From positions 96,001 to 160,000 of the forward strand of contig JAWXAY010000029.1 of the NCBI GenBank assembly GCA_034439715.1: a stretch of DNA of 64,000 nucleotides, read 5' to 3'. The position numbers were made by a program, and so were the translations under genes. Shown piece after piece: positions 8,467 to 17,731 of the stretch (the stretch's first letter is position 1; every line of letters begins with the position of its first letter). The notes beneath the pieces were generated by a model, which had not been told where the DNA came from, did not search any database, and saw only the letters and a program-made list of their open reading frames with translations. The stretch comes from Pseudomonadota bacterium. GTDB lineage: Bacteria; Bdellovibrionota; Bdellovibrionia; Bdellovibrionales; SG-bin7.

Positions 8467-9411
8467 ATGTTAAACAAAGTATTTCTTTTGGGAATGCTTC
8501 TTTTCTCTCAGGTTGTGTCTATGACAACCTATGCAAGTCCGCCAGCGGAACTTAAAACTATCGACACATTAAGTGTGCCAAAACTTGTATTAGCTCGGCC
8601 CGACGAGGGCTCGGTCGTTTTTGATCTTCCCATTACGTACAACACACGCGTCCAACATTGGATCCACTATTTTCAAAAAAACGGAAAACCTTATTTCAAA
8701 AAGTGGATCGAACGCTCCTATAAGTATATTCCAGCTATTCAGCGGGTTCTAAAAGAACGGGGACTTCCTAATGATTTGGCCTATGTCGCCATGATTGAAA
8801 GTGGTTTTTCGTCACAAGCGGTAAGCTCTGCAGCCGCCGTAGGGCCCTGGCAATTTATCAAAGGAACAGCTGAAAGATTTGGGCTCCAAATAAATTGGTG
8901 GATTGATGAACGCAAGGATTTTCATAAAAGCACCGTGGCTGCCGCCAACTATATATCTTCTCTTTATAAGATGTTTAGCTCTTGGTATTTGGTCGCCGCC
9001 GCCTACAATATGGGAGAAAACAGAGTTAAAAGAATTGTAGCAAAACACCAAACAACGAATTTTTGGATTTTATCAAAGCAAGGCGCTTTGTCGCAGGAAA
9101 CCAAAAATTACGTACCCAAATTAATTGCGGCAATGCTCATCTCTAAAGCTCCTGCCCTTTATGGTTTCCGTGAGCTGAAAGCACAAGAGCCTGTGCCCTA
9201 TGATCATATTTTTGTACCTGGCGGCACAGACCTCGCGGGACTTGCGACTCACTTGGGAGTTAACTACGAATACATAAAAGAAATGAATCCAGAATTACTT
9301 CATGGCTTCGTTCCCAAATTTATACAAAGTCACAAAATAAAGATTCCCAAGGGATCGACCAAAATGGTATCTCATTATTTGGAAACAAGGCTTTCAGGAA
9401 AGACTCTATAA
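8467..9411 (+). CDS. mltD: Lytic murein transglycosylase, MltD-like SLT domain
   Basis: AMIESGF, AVGPWQF, AAAYNMGE, ETKNYVPK; signal peptide. Confidence 0.85.
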   Translation: MLNKVFLLGMLLFSQVVSMTTYASPPAELKTIDTLSVPKLVLARPDEGSVVFDLPITYNTRVQHWIHYFQKNGKPYFKKWIERSYKYIPAIQRVLKERGLPNDLAYVAMIESGFSSQAVSSAAAVGPWQFIKGTAERFGLQINWWIDERKDFHKSTVAAANYISSLYKMFSSWYLVAAAYNMGENRVKRIVAKHQTTNFWILSKQGALSQETKNYVPKLIAAMLISKAPALYGFRELKAQEPVPYDHIFVPGGTDLAGLATHLGVNYEYIKEMNPELLHGFVPKFIQSHKIKIPKGSTKMVSHYLETRLSGKTL

Positions 9412-9412
9412 A

Positions 9413-10600
9413 ATGTCTCTCATTGTCCAAAAATATGGTGGAAGCAGTCTTAAGACTGCCCGAGAAGTTCACTCGGTCGCTGATAGAATTCAAAGTCTCC
9501 ATAGTCATGGCCTGTCTATTGTGGTGGTGGTTAGCGCCATGGGTAACACCACTAACGAATTAATTGATCTCGCCTTTCAAGTGAGCCCACGCCCCCTCCA
9601 ACGTGAACTAGACATGTTGCTCACTACTGGCGAACGGGTATCTATGTCACTTTTGAGCATGGCACTTAATGATCGAAGTGTTCCTGCAATTAGTTTTACC
9701 GGCAGTCAAGCGGGCGTTATCACCAACGAATCTCATAATAACGCCCAGATAGTAGAAATAAAACCACTTCGTGTAAAACAGGCTCTCGAACAAAAAAAAG
9801 TGGTGGTCCTAGCAGGCTTTCAAGGAGTAACTCAAGAGTCAAAAGAAGTTACTACCCTTGGTCGCGGAGGATCAGATACAACAGCCGTGGCAATGGCAGC
9901 GCACTTTTCAGCCGATCGATGTGAAATCTTAAAGGATGTGGACGGCGTTTATTCCGCCGATCCAAAAATCGTCAAAACTGCAAGACTTATTCCGATGATG
10001 AGCTATCAACATTTAAGCGAGATGACTTTTTGGGGGTCTAAAGTTTTACATCACCGCGCTGCAGATTTAGCTCTGCAGCTGAAAGTCCCACTTTACGTGG
10101 GACCAACTCACACTAAGGGAACGGGAACGTTAATTAAGGGAGAGGCCACAATGTATGAAAATTCAAATATTTCATCAATCAACAGTCATACCTTTGTCAG
10201 ACTAATTAGAGTAAAAAACAGCAATTTAGATCAAGCGCTTATTGCTTTTACTCAGATACTAGCAAACAAAAACTTTTCGCTTCCGCAAATTATTGATGCC
10301 CGATTTGAAAATTCCGACACGTTGCTGCTTATTACGGGTCCTAAAGAAAATATTTTACCGCTTATGGAAACGCTATTGGGCCAAACCACTCTAGAAATTG
10401 TTTCGAACCACCTTTCTTCAGTCACAGTTACTGGCTTAGGTTTTAGCGCCACTCCTTCGATTCAACGGCTCACTCATTGGCTCACTCTAAAAGGCGTGGC
10501 ATTGCACTCTATAATTTCTAGCCCAATGAGTTGCACCTTTGTGATTAATGAGAATGATCGTGAGAATGCTATTAAAATTTTACATGAATTTATGCAGTGA
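9413..10600 (+). CDS. lysC: Aspartate kinase
   Basis: VQKYGGSS, VVVSAMG, TLGRGGSDTTA, DVDGVYSADP. Confidence 0.95.
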   Translation: MSLIVQKYGGSSLKTAREVHSVADRIQSLHSHGLSIVVVVSAMGNTTNELIDLAFQVSPRPLQRELDMLLTTGERVSMSLLSMALNDRSVPAISFTGSQAGVITNESHNNAQIVEIKPLRVKQALEQKKVVVLAGFQGVTQESKEVTTLGRGGSDTTAVAMAAHFSADRCEILKDVDGVYSADPKIVKTARLIPMMSYQHLSEMTFWGSKVLHHRAADLALQLKVPLYVGPTHTKGTGTLIKGEATMYENSNISSINSHTFVRLIRVKNSNLDQALIAFTQILANKNFSLPQIIDARFENSDTLLLITGPKENILPLMETLLGQTTLEIVSNHLSSVTVTGLGFSATPSIQRLTHWLTLKGVALHSIISSPMSCTFVINENDRENAIKILHEFMQ

Positions 10601-10609
10601 CAATCAACG

Positions 10610-11593
10610 ATGACAAACAAAGAACTGAGTCACTTTTATAAGAATTTTTATGAACTCGTTGAGTCAGGCATTCCTATCAACGGAATTTTGGAAACCTTAA
10701 GAACCACTTCCAAAGGTGATCATTTAAAAAGACAATATGGTCACGCACTGAAACTCGTAGACTCAGGTAAAACTCTCACCGAGTCTCTGCAATCCGCTGA
10801 ACTTATTTCTCCATTTGATGTTGAAATTATTCGTGCGGCCGAATCTTCGGGTAGTTTGTCTCGCGTCTTAACGGCATTGTCTTTTAGGTATGAAGTGCGA
10901 AGTGCAGCCGAACAAGAGCTTCGCTCGGGACTGTGGCGCCCCTTCTTTTTATTTGTGGCCGCGTTGTTTGTACCTAGCTTGCCCGGCTTGATGAGTGGCA
11001 AAACCACTTTGGCGCAGTATTGCATTAGTTCTTTCGGCTTATTATCACTTGTTCTATTTTTGGTTTATTTGATTTTTAAATTTAATAACTTGGCTAATCA
11101 GAACTATGAATTGGCTCTGCTTCGTTTTCAGATTTTTTCTAAAGTGCCTTTTATTAGCGGGCTTATAAAAAAAATGGCACTTGAAAATTTTTGCTCTTCC
11201 TTGGCCTTTATGCTAGACGCCGGCATTGATATGTTTCGCGCGCTCAAATGGGCAGGTAATTCGTCGGCCGACAAGTCCATTAAAAGATCTGCGCAAATGA
11301 TACTTATGCAAATAAAAGAGGGCCGCGACCTGGCGGTCAGCTTTCGTGCCCAACCCGCATTTACTGATGAAATCAAAAATGCGATTTTTGTCGGGAATCA
11401 AAGTGGTAAGATTCCAACGATGCTCCATCGAGCATCTCAGGACCTAAACCGTGACGTGACTTCACGTGTCCAAGCAATTGCTAAGTTTGTTCCTTTAATT
11501 ATTTATGCAGTGATCGCCTTTTTTGTGGCGAAACAAATTATTGATTTTTATAGCGAACATCTTAAGGATATCGACAAAGCGTTGGGAGAATAA
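10610..11593 (+). CDS. Type II secretion system F / PilC family inner-membrane protein
   Basis: Two T2SSF repeats (ESGIPI...AAESSGSL; DAGIDM...VGNQSGKI) with hydrophobic segments. Confidence 0.82.
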   Translation: MTNKELSHFYKNFYELVESGIPINGILETLRTTSKGDHLKRQYGHALKLVDSGKTLTESLQSAELISPFDVEIIRAAESSGSLSRVLTALSFRYEVRSAAEQELRSGLWRPFFLFVAALFVPSLPGLMSGKTTLAQYCISSFGLLSLVLFLVYLIFKFNNLANQNYELALLRFQIFSKVPFISGLIKKMALENFCSSLAFMLDAGIDMFRALKWAGNSSADKSIKRSAQMILMQIKEGRDLAVSFRAQPAFTDEIKNAIFVGNQSGKIPTMLHRASQDLNRDVTSRVQAIAKFVPLIIYAVIAFFVAKQIIDFYSEHLKDIDKALGE

Positions 11594-11594
11594 T

Positions 11595-11621
11595 TGCGGC
11601 CTCCGTGAATCGGAAGCCGCA
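11595..11621 (-). terminator. Hairpin between convergent pilC-like gene and recA
   Basis: On the minus strand UGCGGCUUCCG-AUUCA-CGGAGGCCGCA, an 11-bp stem just after the recA stop; weak U tail. Confidence 0.6.
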
Positions 11622-11626
11622 TTACT

Positions 11627-12772
11627 TCAGTGGCTCTTCTTTTTCAGAGCTTTTTTCTTTTCTTCGTCCAGAAGTTTTTCTTTTTCTTTATCCGCATCGG
11701 GATTGACTGTGGCCGCTTCAATAGAGGCGTCAGGAACGGGAGCCACTCTACCTATTCCGTGCTTTGTAAGCACTTGCGCCCGCAGAGATTTCAGAAGGTC
11801 AGTGTGTTCGTAGAGATACTGTTTTACAGCGTCGCGACCCTGGCCAAGTCTTTCTCCGTTGTAACTGTACCAAGCACCAGATTTTTCAACGATACCGTCA
11901 TTAGAGGCGATATCCAAAACATCTCCGGCCTGGCAAATTCCTGTGCCAAACATCAAATCAAATTCGATTTTAGCAAAAGGCGGCGCCATTTTATTTTTTA
12001 CCACTTTTACAGCTGTGCGGTTACCCACAATATCTTCACCGTTTTTAATGGCACCAATTCGGCGTACATCTAAACGCACTGAAGAATAAAACTTTAGAGC
12101 ATTACCGCCAGTGGTTGTTTCGGGGTTACCAAACATCACACCGATTTTCATTCGAATTTGGTTAATAAAAATCACAAGAGTGCGGCTGCGGTTTATCGAC
12201 GCCGTTAACTTTCGAAGGGCTTGTGACATCAAACGCGCCTGAAGACCCATGTGAGAGTCTCCCATTTCGCCTTCAATCTCAGCTCGAGGAACAAGAGCCG
12301 CTACCGAGTCTATTACTAAAACGTCTATAGCGCCTGAGCGCACAAGTGTTTCAGTAATTTCGAGAGCCTGCTCACCCGTATCGGGTTGCGAAACAAGAAG
12401 ATCTTTTGTGTTTACACCTAGCTTTGCAGCATATCCAATATCTAGGGCATGCTCAGCATCGATAAACGCCACCACGCCGCCAGCCTTCTGAGCTTCGGCA
12501 ATTACACTTAAAGACAGAGTTGTCTTACCAGAACTTTCAGGACCGTAAATTTCAACAATTCGACCCTTAGGAAGCCCACCGATGCCTAAAGCGATATCTA
12601 AACTTAATGACCCCGTGCTGATAGTGGGAACATCTTTATATAAACTCTCCCCACCCATGCGCATAATTGCGCCTTTACCAAATTGTTTTTCAATTGCGGT
12701 AACTGCTAAGCTGAGAGCTTGTTGCTTTTCAGTACTTCTCTCTGTTCCTTTTTCGGTCTGTACACTTGCCAT
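11627..12772 (-). CDS. recA: Recombinase A
   Basis: [37 protein letters not shown]. Confidence 0.99.
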   Translation of the reverse strand: MASVQTEKGTERSTEKQQALSLAVTAIEKQFGKGAIMRMGGESLYKDVPTISTGSLSLDIALGIGGLPKGRIVEIYGPESSGKTTLSLSVIAEAQKAGGVVAFIDAEHALDIGYAAKLGVNTKDLLVSQPDTGEQALEITETLVRSGAIDVLVIDSVAALVPRAEIEGEMGDSHMGLQARLMSQALRKLTASINRSRTLVIFINQIRMKIGVMFGNPETTTGGNALKFYSSVRLDVRRIGAIKNGEDIVGNRTAVKVVKNKMAPPFAKIEFDLMFGTGICQAGDVLDIASNDGIVEKSGAWYSYNGERLGQGRDAVKQYLYEHTDLLKSLRAQVLTKHGIGRVAPVPDASIEAATVNPDADKEKEKLLDEEKKKALKKKSH

Positions 12773-12798
12773 GCTTTCTCCTTTTTATTGAGCTTCTA

Positions 12799-12820
12799 TT
12801 AGTTAGTTAGTTAGTTAGTT
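12799..12820. repeat. (TTAG)5 tetranucleotide microsatellite between cinA and recA
   Basis: ttagttagttagttagttagtt read directly. Confidence 0.85.
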
Positions 12821-13295
12821 ATTGAGTAGCTGTTAATAATAATTCTAATGCTTTATTTACAGAAGCTTCAATTATTTCTAATCGAGCCCCTTTAAAACAG
12901 TAAGTAGCCACATATTCAAATCCTGGGCCACAGACTGCAATACATACAGTACCTACTGGCTTCGTTACTGTGCCGCCGCTCGGACCTGCAATTCCCGTTA
13001 TACCCAGAGACCAAGTGCTTTCCAATTTTTTTCGTAGGCCCTTTGCCATTTGGACTGCTACTACCTGACTCACTGCGCCCGATGCTAAAAGAGTTGCCCG
13101 AGATACGTTTAATTCATTTATTTTAATTTTATTGGAATACGCAATAACTCCGCCAGAAATATATTGAGAGGCTCCAGGTAGCGAAGTTAACTGTGAAATT
13201 AATGTCCCGCCTGTACAACTTTCTGCCAACGATAAAGTAATGTGCCTATCGACAAAGCGTTTTTGAATTGTTTTTATTATTTCTAGATTCTTCAT
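12819..13295 (-). CDS. cinA: CinA C-terminal domain / nicotinamide-nucleotide amidohydrolase (PncC)
   Basis: AESCTGG, GAVS, ITGIAGPSGG..KPVGTVCIA; ATGA overlap with pgpA stop. Confidence 0.9.
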   Translation of the reverse strand: MKNLEIIKTIQKRFVDRHITLSLAESCTGGTLISQLTSLPGASQYISGGVIAYSNKIKINELNVSRATLLASGAVSQVVAVQMAKGLRKKLESTWSLGITGIAGPSGGTVTKPVGTVCIAVCGPGFEYVATYCFKGARLEIIEASVNKALELLLTATQ

Positions 13296-13768
13296 AACAT
13301 CCACTCTTGAACCAGTTGCGATTTAGAAAAAATCAACTGAAGTAAAATATTGCTCAAAAGGCCAGCAGCCAAATCGTCTGCCACGACACCTAATCCACCT
13401 TTTATTTTTTGATCTAAAATATTAATTGGAAAGGGCTTTAAAATATCAAAAAATCTAAAGAGCACAAAGCCAAGCGCATAAGGCAACCAGTGATGCGGCA
13501 ACCAGGTCATAGTTACCAGATAACCCACGACCTCATCGATAACTATAGAAGGTTGGTCATGCTCATGGGTCGCCAACTGGTAAAAATGACACAAAAAAAT
13601 AGCAAACAGAATAAGAGCTAATGTCGCTCCCATATAAAAATAAATGTTTCCGAAATTAAGGAGAATTGCCAGAGGAATTCCCAAAAGGGTGCCAAATGTG
13701 CCTGGTGCCCATTTAATCTTGCCAATACAGAACCCAGTGACGATAAATTCGAGAACTTTACGCCGCAA
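13292..13768 (-). CDS. pgpA: Phosphatidylglycerophosphatase A
   Basis: APGTFGT, IVIDEVVG, FRFFDILKPFPI, GGLGVVADDLAAG. Confidence 0.95.
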   Translation of the reverse strand: MRRKVLEFIVTGFCIGKIKWAPGTFGTLLGIPLAILLNFGNIYFYMGATLALILFAIFLCHFYQLATHEHDQPSIVIDEVVGYLVTMTWLPHHWLPYALGFVLFRFFDILKPFPINILDQKIKGGLGVVADDLAAGLLSNILLQLIFSKSQLVQEWML

Positions 13769-13872
13769 TGTAAACCCCTTATCATGTTTTTAACATGACC
13801 AAGGGCACTGTCAACGTGACAGCCCACAAAATTCATAGTTAAATTATGAAAGGCTTCCGAAAGGATTTTATT

Positions 13873-15108
13873 TTGAAATTAAACAATTTGTTAACTCTCG
13901 CTGTTGACCGTGGTGCTAGTGATCTACATCTCAAAGTAGGAATCGTACCCGTTATTCGCAAGCACGGTATTCTGAGACCTCTTGATCCTAGTATGGAGGC
14001 GGTAAATCAAGATATGATGAGTGCAATTACCGATCAACTTTTAAGCGCCCCTCAAAAGGAAACCTTAGAAAGAGAAGGCTATGTCGATTTAGGTTACGGC
14101 ATATCCGGACTTGGTCGCTTTCGCGTGAACATATTTAAACAACGAGGAACTCTGAGGCTCGTGATTCGAAACATTCCCTTTGATGTCCCTGATATTGATA
14201 ATTTGAATCTCCCTCCAATAATAAAAAAACTTGCCCTAGAAACTGAAAGGGGCTTGATACTTGTCACTGGCATGACGGGCTCAGGAAAATCCACAACTCT
14301 CGCTGCCATGATCGACTATGTTAACAAACACCGAAATCGCCACATCATTACTATTGAAGACCCTATAGAATTTTTGATTAAAGATCAAAAATGTATTATT
14401 TCTCAAGTTGAATTAGGCAGCGATGCCCCCACCTATCCAAAAGCGCTGCGGGCCGCCCTTCGTCAAGATCCCGATATTATCTTAATTGGCGAAATGCGAG
14501 ACCTAGATACCATCGACACGGCTATTACGGCTGCCGAAACTGGCCATTTAGTTCTCTCAACTCTTCATACATCTGATGCCGTCGAAACCATTAATCGAAT
14601 CTTAGCGGCCTACCCCTCTCATCAACAGCAACAAATTCGCTATCAACTCTCATCTGTGATTACGGCGATTATAAGTCAAAGAATGATCATGAAAACAGAT
14701 GAACAAGGATTTGTTCCGGCAATCGAAGTGCTTATCAATACGAGTCGTATTAAAGAGTTGATTCTCAATGGAGCCAGGACTAAAGAAATTTTTAATTCTA
14801 TTGAAGAAGGAAAGTCGGCCTATGGAATGCAATCATTTGATCAAAGTCTGCTCGAGCTCGTCCATCAGAAGATAGTTACTTTTGAAGAAGCCATGGCTTC
14901 AGCCACCAATCCCAAAGATTTCGCACTCAGGCATTCAGGCGTTAAGGGCGCGAGTACCCAAGTCTGGGACCCAAAGTCAGACCGCGCGGCAGGCAAAAAA
15001 ATATGGGATGACATTCAGGAACTTGAACTTCAAACTAATGTTTCGCATATCCAAAAATCTTCGAAATTTCCGACCCGTTCACCACCTAAGCCTCCCGGAA
15101 AAAAATAA
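13873..15108 (+). CDS. pilT: PilT/PilU family type IV pilus retraction ATPase
   Basis: ASDLHL, GMTGSGKSTT, TIEDPIE, ALRQDPD, GEMRD, AAETGHLVLSTLHT, GMQSFDQ; TTG start 13873 after AAGGA. Confidence 0.9.
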   Translation: MKLNNLLTLAVDRGASDLHLKVGIVPVIRKHGILRPLDPSMEAVNQDMMSAITDQLLSAPQKETLEREGYVDLGYGISGLGRFRVNIFKQRGTLRLVIRNIPFDVPDIDNLNLPPIIKKLALETERGLILVTGMTGSGKSTTLAAMIDYVNKHRNRHIITIEDPIEFLIKDQKCIISQVELGSDAPTYPKALRAALRQDPDIILIGEMRDLDTIDTAITAAETGHLVLSTLHTSDAVETINRILAAYPSHQQQQIRYQLSSVITAIISQRMIMKTDEQGFVPAIEVLINTSRIKELILNGARTKEIFNSIEEGKSAYGMQSFDQSLLELVHQKIVTFEEAMASATNPKDFALRHSGVKGASTQVWDPKSDRAAGKKIWDDIQELELQTNVSHIQKSSKFPTRSPPKPPGKK

Positions 15109-17729
15109 TGAAAAGCTTTGAAGTCAGAAATACCTTTATTAAATACTTTGAGGGGCAAAAACATACCCACGTATCGTCTAGCTCGCTCATACCTGAAAAT
15201 GACGCCACAATTCTCTTTGCCAACGCGGGCATGAATCAGTTTAAAAATGTTTTTTTAGGAATAGAGAAAAGAAACTATAGTCGCGCGGTGTCTTCCCAAA
15301 AATGTGTGCGCGCCGGGGGAAAACACAACGATCTTGAAAACGTGGGCATCACGGCAAGGCATCACACTTTTTTTGAAATGCTCGGTAATTTTTCGTTTGG
15401 CGATTATTTTAAAAAAGACGCCATTCGCTTTGCCTGGGACCTTCTACTTAAAAAATATGGTTTTCCGAAAGACAAACTTTATGTTTCGGTTTTTGAAACC
15501 GACCATGAAGCTGCAGACATTTGGCATAAACAAGAGGGCGTGGCCAAAGATCGAATTTTTCGATTTGGTGAAAAAGATAACTTTTGGCGAATGGGCGATA
15601 CCGGTCCTTGTGGACCATGTACTGAAATTTTTTATGATCATGGGTCGGATTCGGGTTGCGGAAAGCCTAGCTGTACCGTCGGCTGTTCCTGTGACCGATA
15701 CGTTGAAATTTGGAATAATGTTTTTATGCAATTTTATGAAGACGAAAATGGCAAACAAACGCCACTACCAAAACCCTCAGTCGATACAGGTGCGGGACTT
15801 GAACGGCTAACGGCTGCCCTGCAAGGGAAAACTAACAATTACGATACGGATTTGTTTGCGCCGATGATTCAAACAGCGGCTAAGCTGGGGAAAGTTGAAT
15901 ACGGTACTAACCCAAAAACAACGACGGCTCTCAGAGTGATGGCTGATCATGCGCGCGCGACAGCCTTTTTAATAGCTGACGGCGCCCTACCTTCAAACGA
16001 AGGCCGCGGTTATGTTTTACGCCGAATCATGAGACGGGGTATCCGCTACGGCCGGAGCATTTCAAAAGATCAGTCTTTATTTCCTGCAGTGGTTGGCTCG
16101 GTCATTGAACATATGTCTAGTTTTTATCCAGAATTAAAACAAAGCTCGGATCGAATATTGAATTCAACTCGAGACGAAGAAGGACGCTTTATACATACTC
16201 TTGATCAGGGCACTGAAATAATGACTCAAACTTTGAGTAAACAAAAAAATAAAGTCCTTGATGGCGCATTTGTTTTTAAACTCTACGATACCTTTGGCTT
16301 TCCGGCCGATCTAACCGCGCTAATGGCTAAAGAAAAGGGTTTTGAAATTGACGAGGCCGGCTTTGAAAAAGAAATGCAAAAAGCACGCGAAACTTCTAAA
16401 GCAAGTTGGAAGGGTACAGCCATAACTGAAGATCGCACTCACCTAGTAAGTCTTGTGCAACAAGCAACTAAAATGCAAAAAACAACTCAATTTGTAGGCT
16501 ATGAATCATTCTCCTCAAAAGCTAGAGTTTTACTTTTGAGTGACGGTAAACAGATTGTTAATAGTCTTAGCAAAGGTAGTCGTGGTTATTTAATCACTGA
16601 TACCACGCCATTTTATGCCGAAGGTGGCGGGCAAATTGGTGATCAAGGCACGGTAACCGGAAATGAAGTTTTTAATTGTACCAAAGAGCACGAGATTTAT
16701 ATTCATCATGTTAATATAACCGAGAAGGAAATTAAAACGAGCGACAAAGTCGATCTCATCGTAACCACAGGTCGGCGCAAAAAAACTATGGCGAATCATT
16801 CGGCAACTCACTTGATGCATGCGGCGCTAAGAAAAATTCTTGGCTCGCACATTGGTCAAGCAGGCTCTCTTGTGAACGAAGAAAAACTTCGTTTTGATTT
16901 TACCCATAACCAACCAGTTTCAAAAAAAGAATTATTAGAAATTGAAAGACTCGTGAATGAAGAGATTGCTAAAGGAAGCGAAGTAGATACAAAAATAACG
17001 ACGCCGAAAAAAGCGGCTGAAGAGGGCGCCATGGCTCTTTTTGGCGAAAAATACGGCGACGAGGTGCGCGTAATAAAAATGGGTGATTTTTCTATGGAGC
17101 TTTGTGGTGGCACCCATGTTTCTAATACTTCAAATATTTTGGCTTTTAAAGTTACAAGCGAAGGCGGAGTGAGTGCGGGCGTAAGGCGTATTGAAGCGAT
17201 CACAGGCCCCAACGCAATTCAATATTTAATGAACGCGACAGCTGAACTCAGTGAAGCCAAACAGGCCATCGGCACCATTGAACCAATAGCAAAATGGATA
17301 GAAAAATCGCGTGAAGATATTAAAATTCTCGAGCGCCAAATCAAAAGTCTGCAAAGTCAAAAAATCGATGTCGATCAATTTATTAAGGAAGCTAAGATAC
17401 TAAATTTTGGCGGCACTGAAGCCAAATTAGTTACGGCGATAATTGAAATGGATGATCGCCAAGTGTTAAGCGAGATCGCTGACAAATTAAAGAACAAAGT
17501 GAGCAGTGGTGTCGTTATCGTCATTGGTAAGGGCGAAGAAACACATCCCATTATTGTGACGGTCTCTAATAATTTGACGGGCAAAGTAAAGGCCGGTGAT
17601 GTTTTAAAATCTTTGACTGCGACAATGGGTGGTAAGGGTGGCGGTCGCCCTGATTTTGCTCAAGGCGCCGGAAATGATTTTTCTAAAGCCAAAGAGTCTA
17701 TTGCTGGAGTTGTGCTTCAGTTTCAGTAA
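15108..17729 (+). CDS. alaS: Alanine--tRNA ligase
   Basis: FANAGMNQFK, HHTFFEMLGNFSFGDYFK, NHSATHL, ELCGGTH, GGKGGG. Confidence 0.99.
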   Translation: MKSFEVRNTFIKYFEGQKHTHVSSSSLIPENDATILFANAGMNQFKNVFLGIEKRNYSRAVSSQKCVRAGGKHNDLENVGITARHHTFFEMLGNFSFGDYFKKDAIRFAWDLLLKKYGFPKDKLYVSVFETDHEAADIWHKQEGVAKDRIFRFGEKDNFWRMGDTGPCGPCTEIFYDHGSDSGCGKPSCTVGCSCDRYVEIWNNVFMQFYEDENGKQTPLPKPSVDTGAGLERLTAALQGKTNNYDTDLFAPMIQTAAKLGKVEYGTNPKTTTALRVMADHARATAFLIADGALPSNEGRGYVLRRIMRRGIRYGRSISKDQSLFPAVVGSVIEHMSSFYPELKQSSDRILNSTRDEEGRFIHTLDQGTEIMTQTLSKQKNKVLDGAFVFKLYDTFGFPADLTALMAKEKGFEIDEAGFEKEMQKARETSKASWKGTAITEDRTHLVSLVQQATKMQKTTQFVGYESFSSKARVLLLSDGKQIVNSLSKGSRGYLITDTTPFYAEGGGQIGDQGTVTGNEVFNCTKEHEIYIHHVNITEKEIKTSDKVDLIVTTGRRKKTMANHSATHLMHAALRKILGSHIGQAGSLVNEEKLRFDFTHNQPVSKKELLEIERLVNEEIAKGSEVDTKITTPKKAAEEGAMALFGEKYGDEVRVIKMGDFSMELCGGTHVSNTSNILAFKVTSEGGVSAGVRRIEAITGPNAIQYLMNATAELSEAKQAIGTIEPIAKWIEKSREDIKILERQIKSLQSQKIDVDQFIKEAKILNFGGTEAKLVTAIIEMDDRQVLSEIADKLKNKVSSGVVIVIGKGEETHPIIVTVSNNLTGKVKAGDVLKSLTATMGGKGGGRPDFAQGAGNDFSKAKESIAGVVLQFQ

Positions 17730-17731
17730 GT

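Noticed and set aside
12773..13845. LexA box upstream of recA or pgpA
   Set aside because: No convincing known SOS-box palindrome seen.
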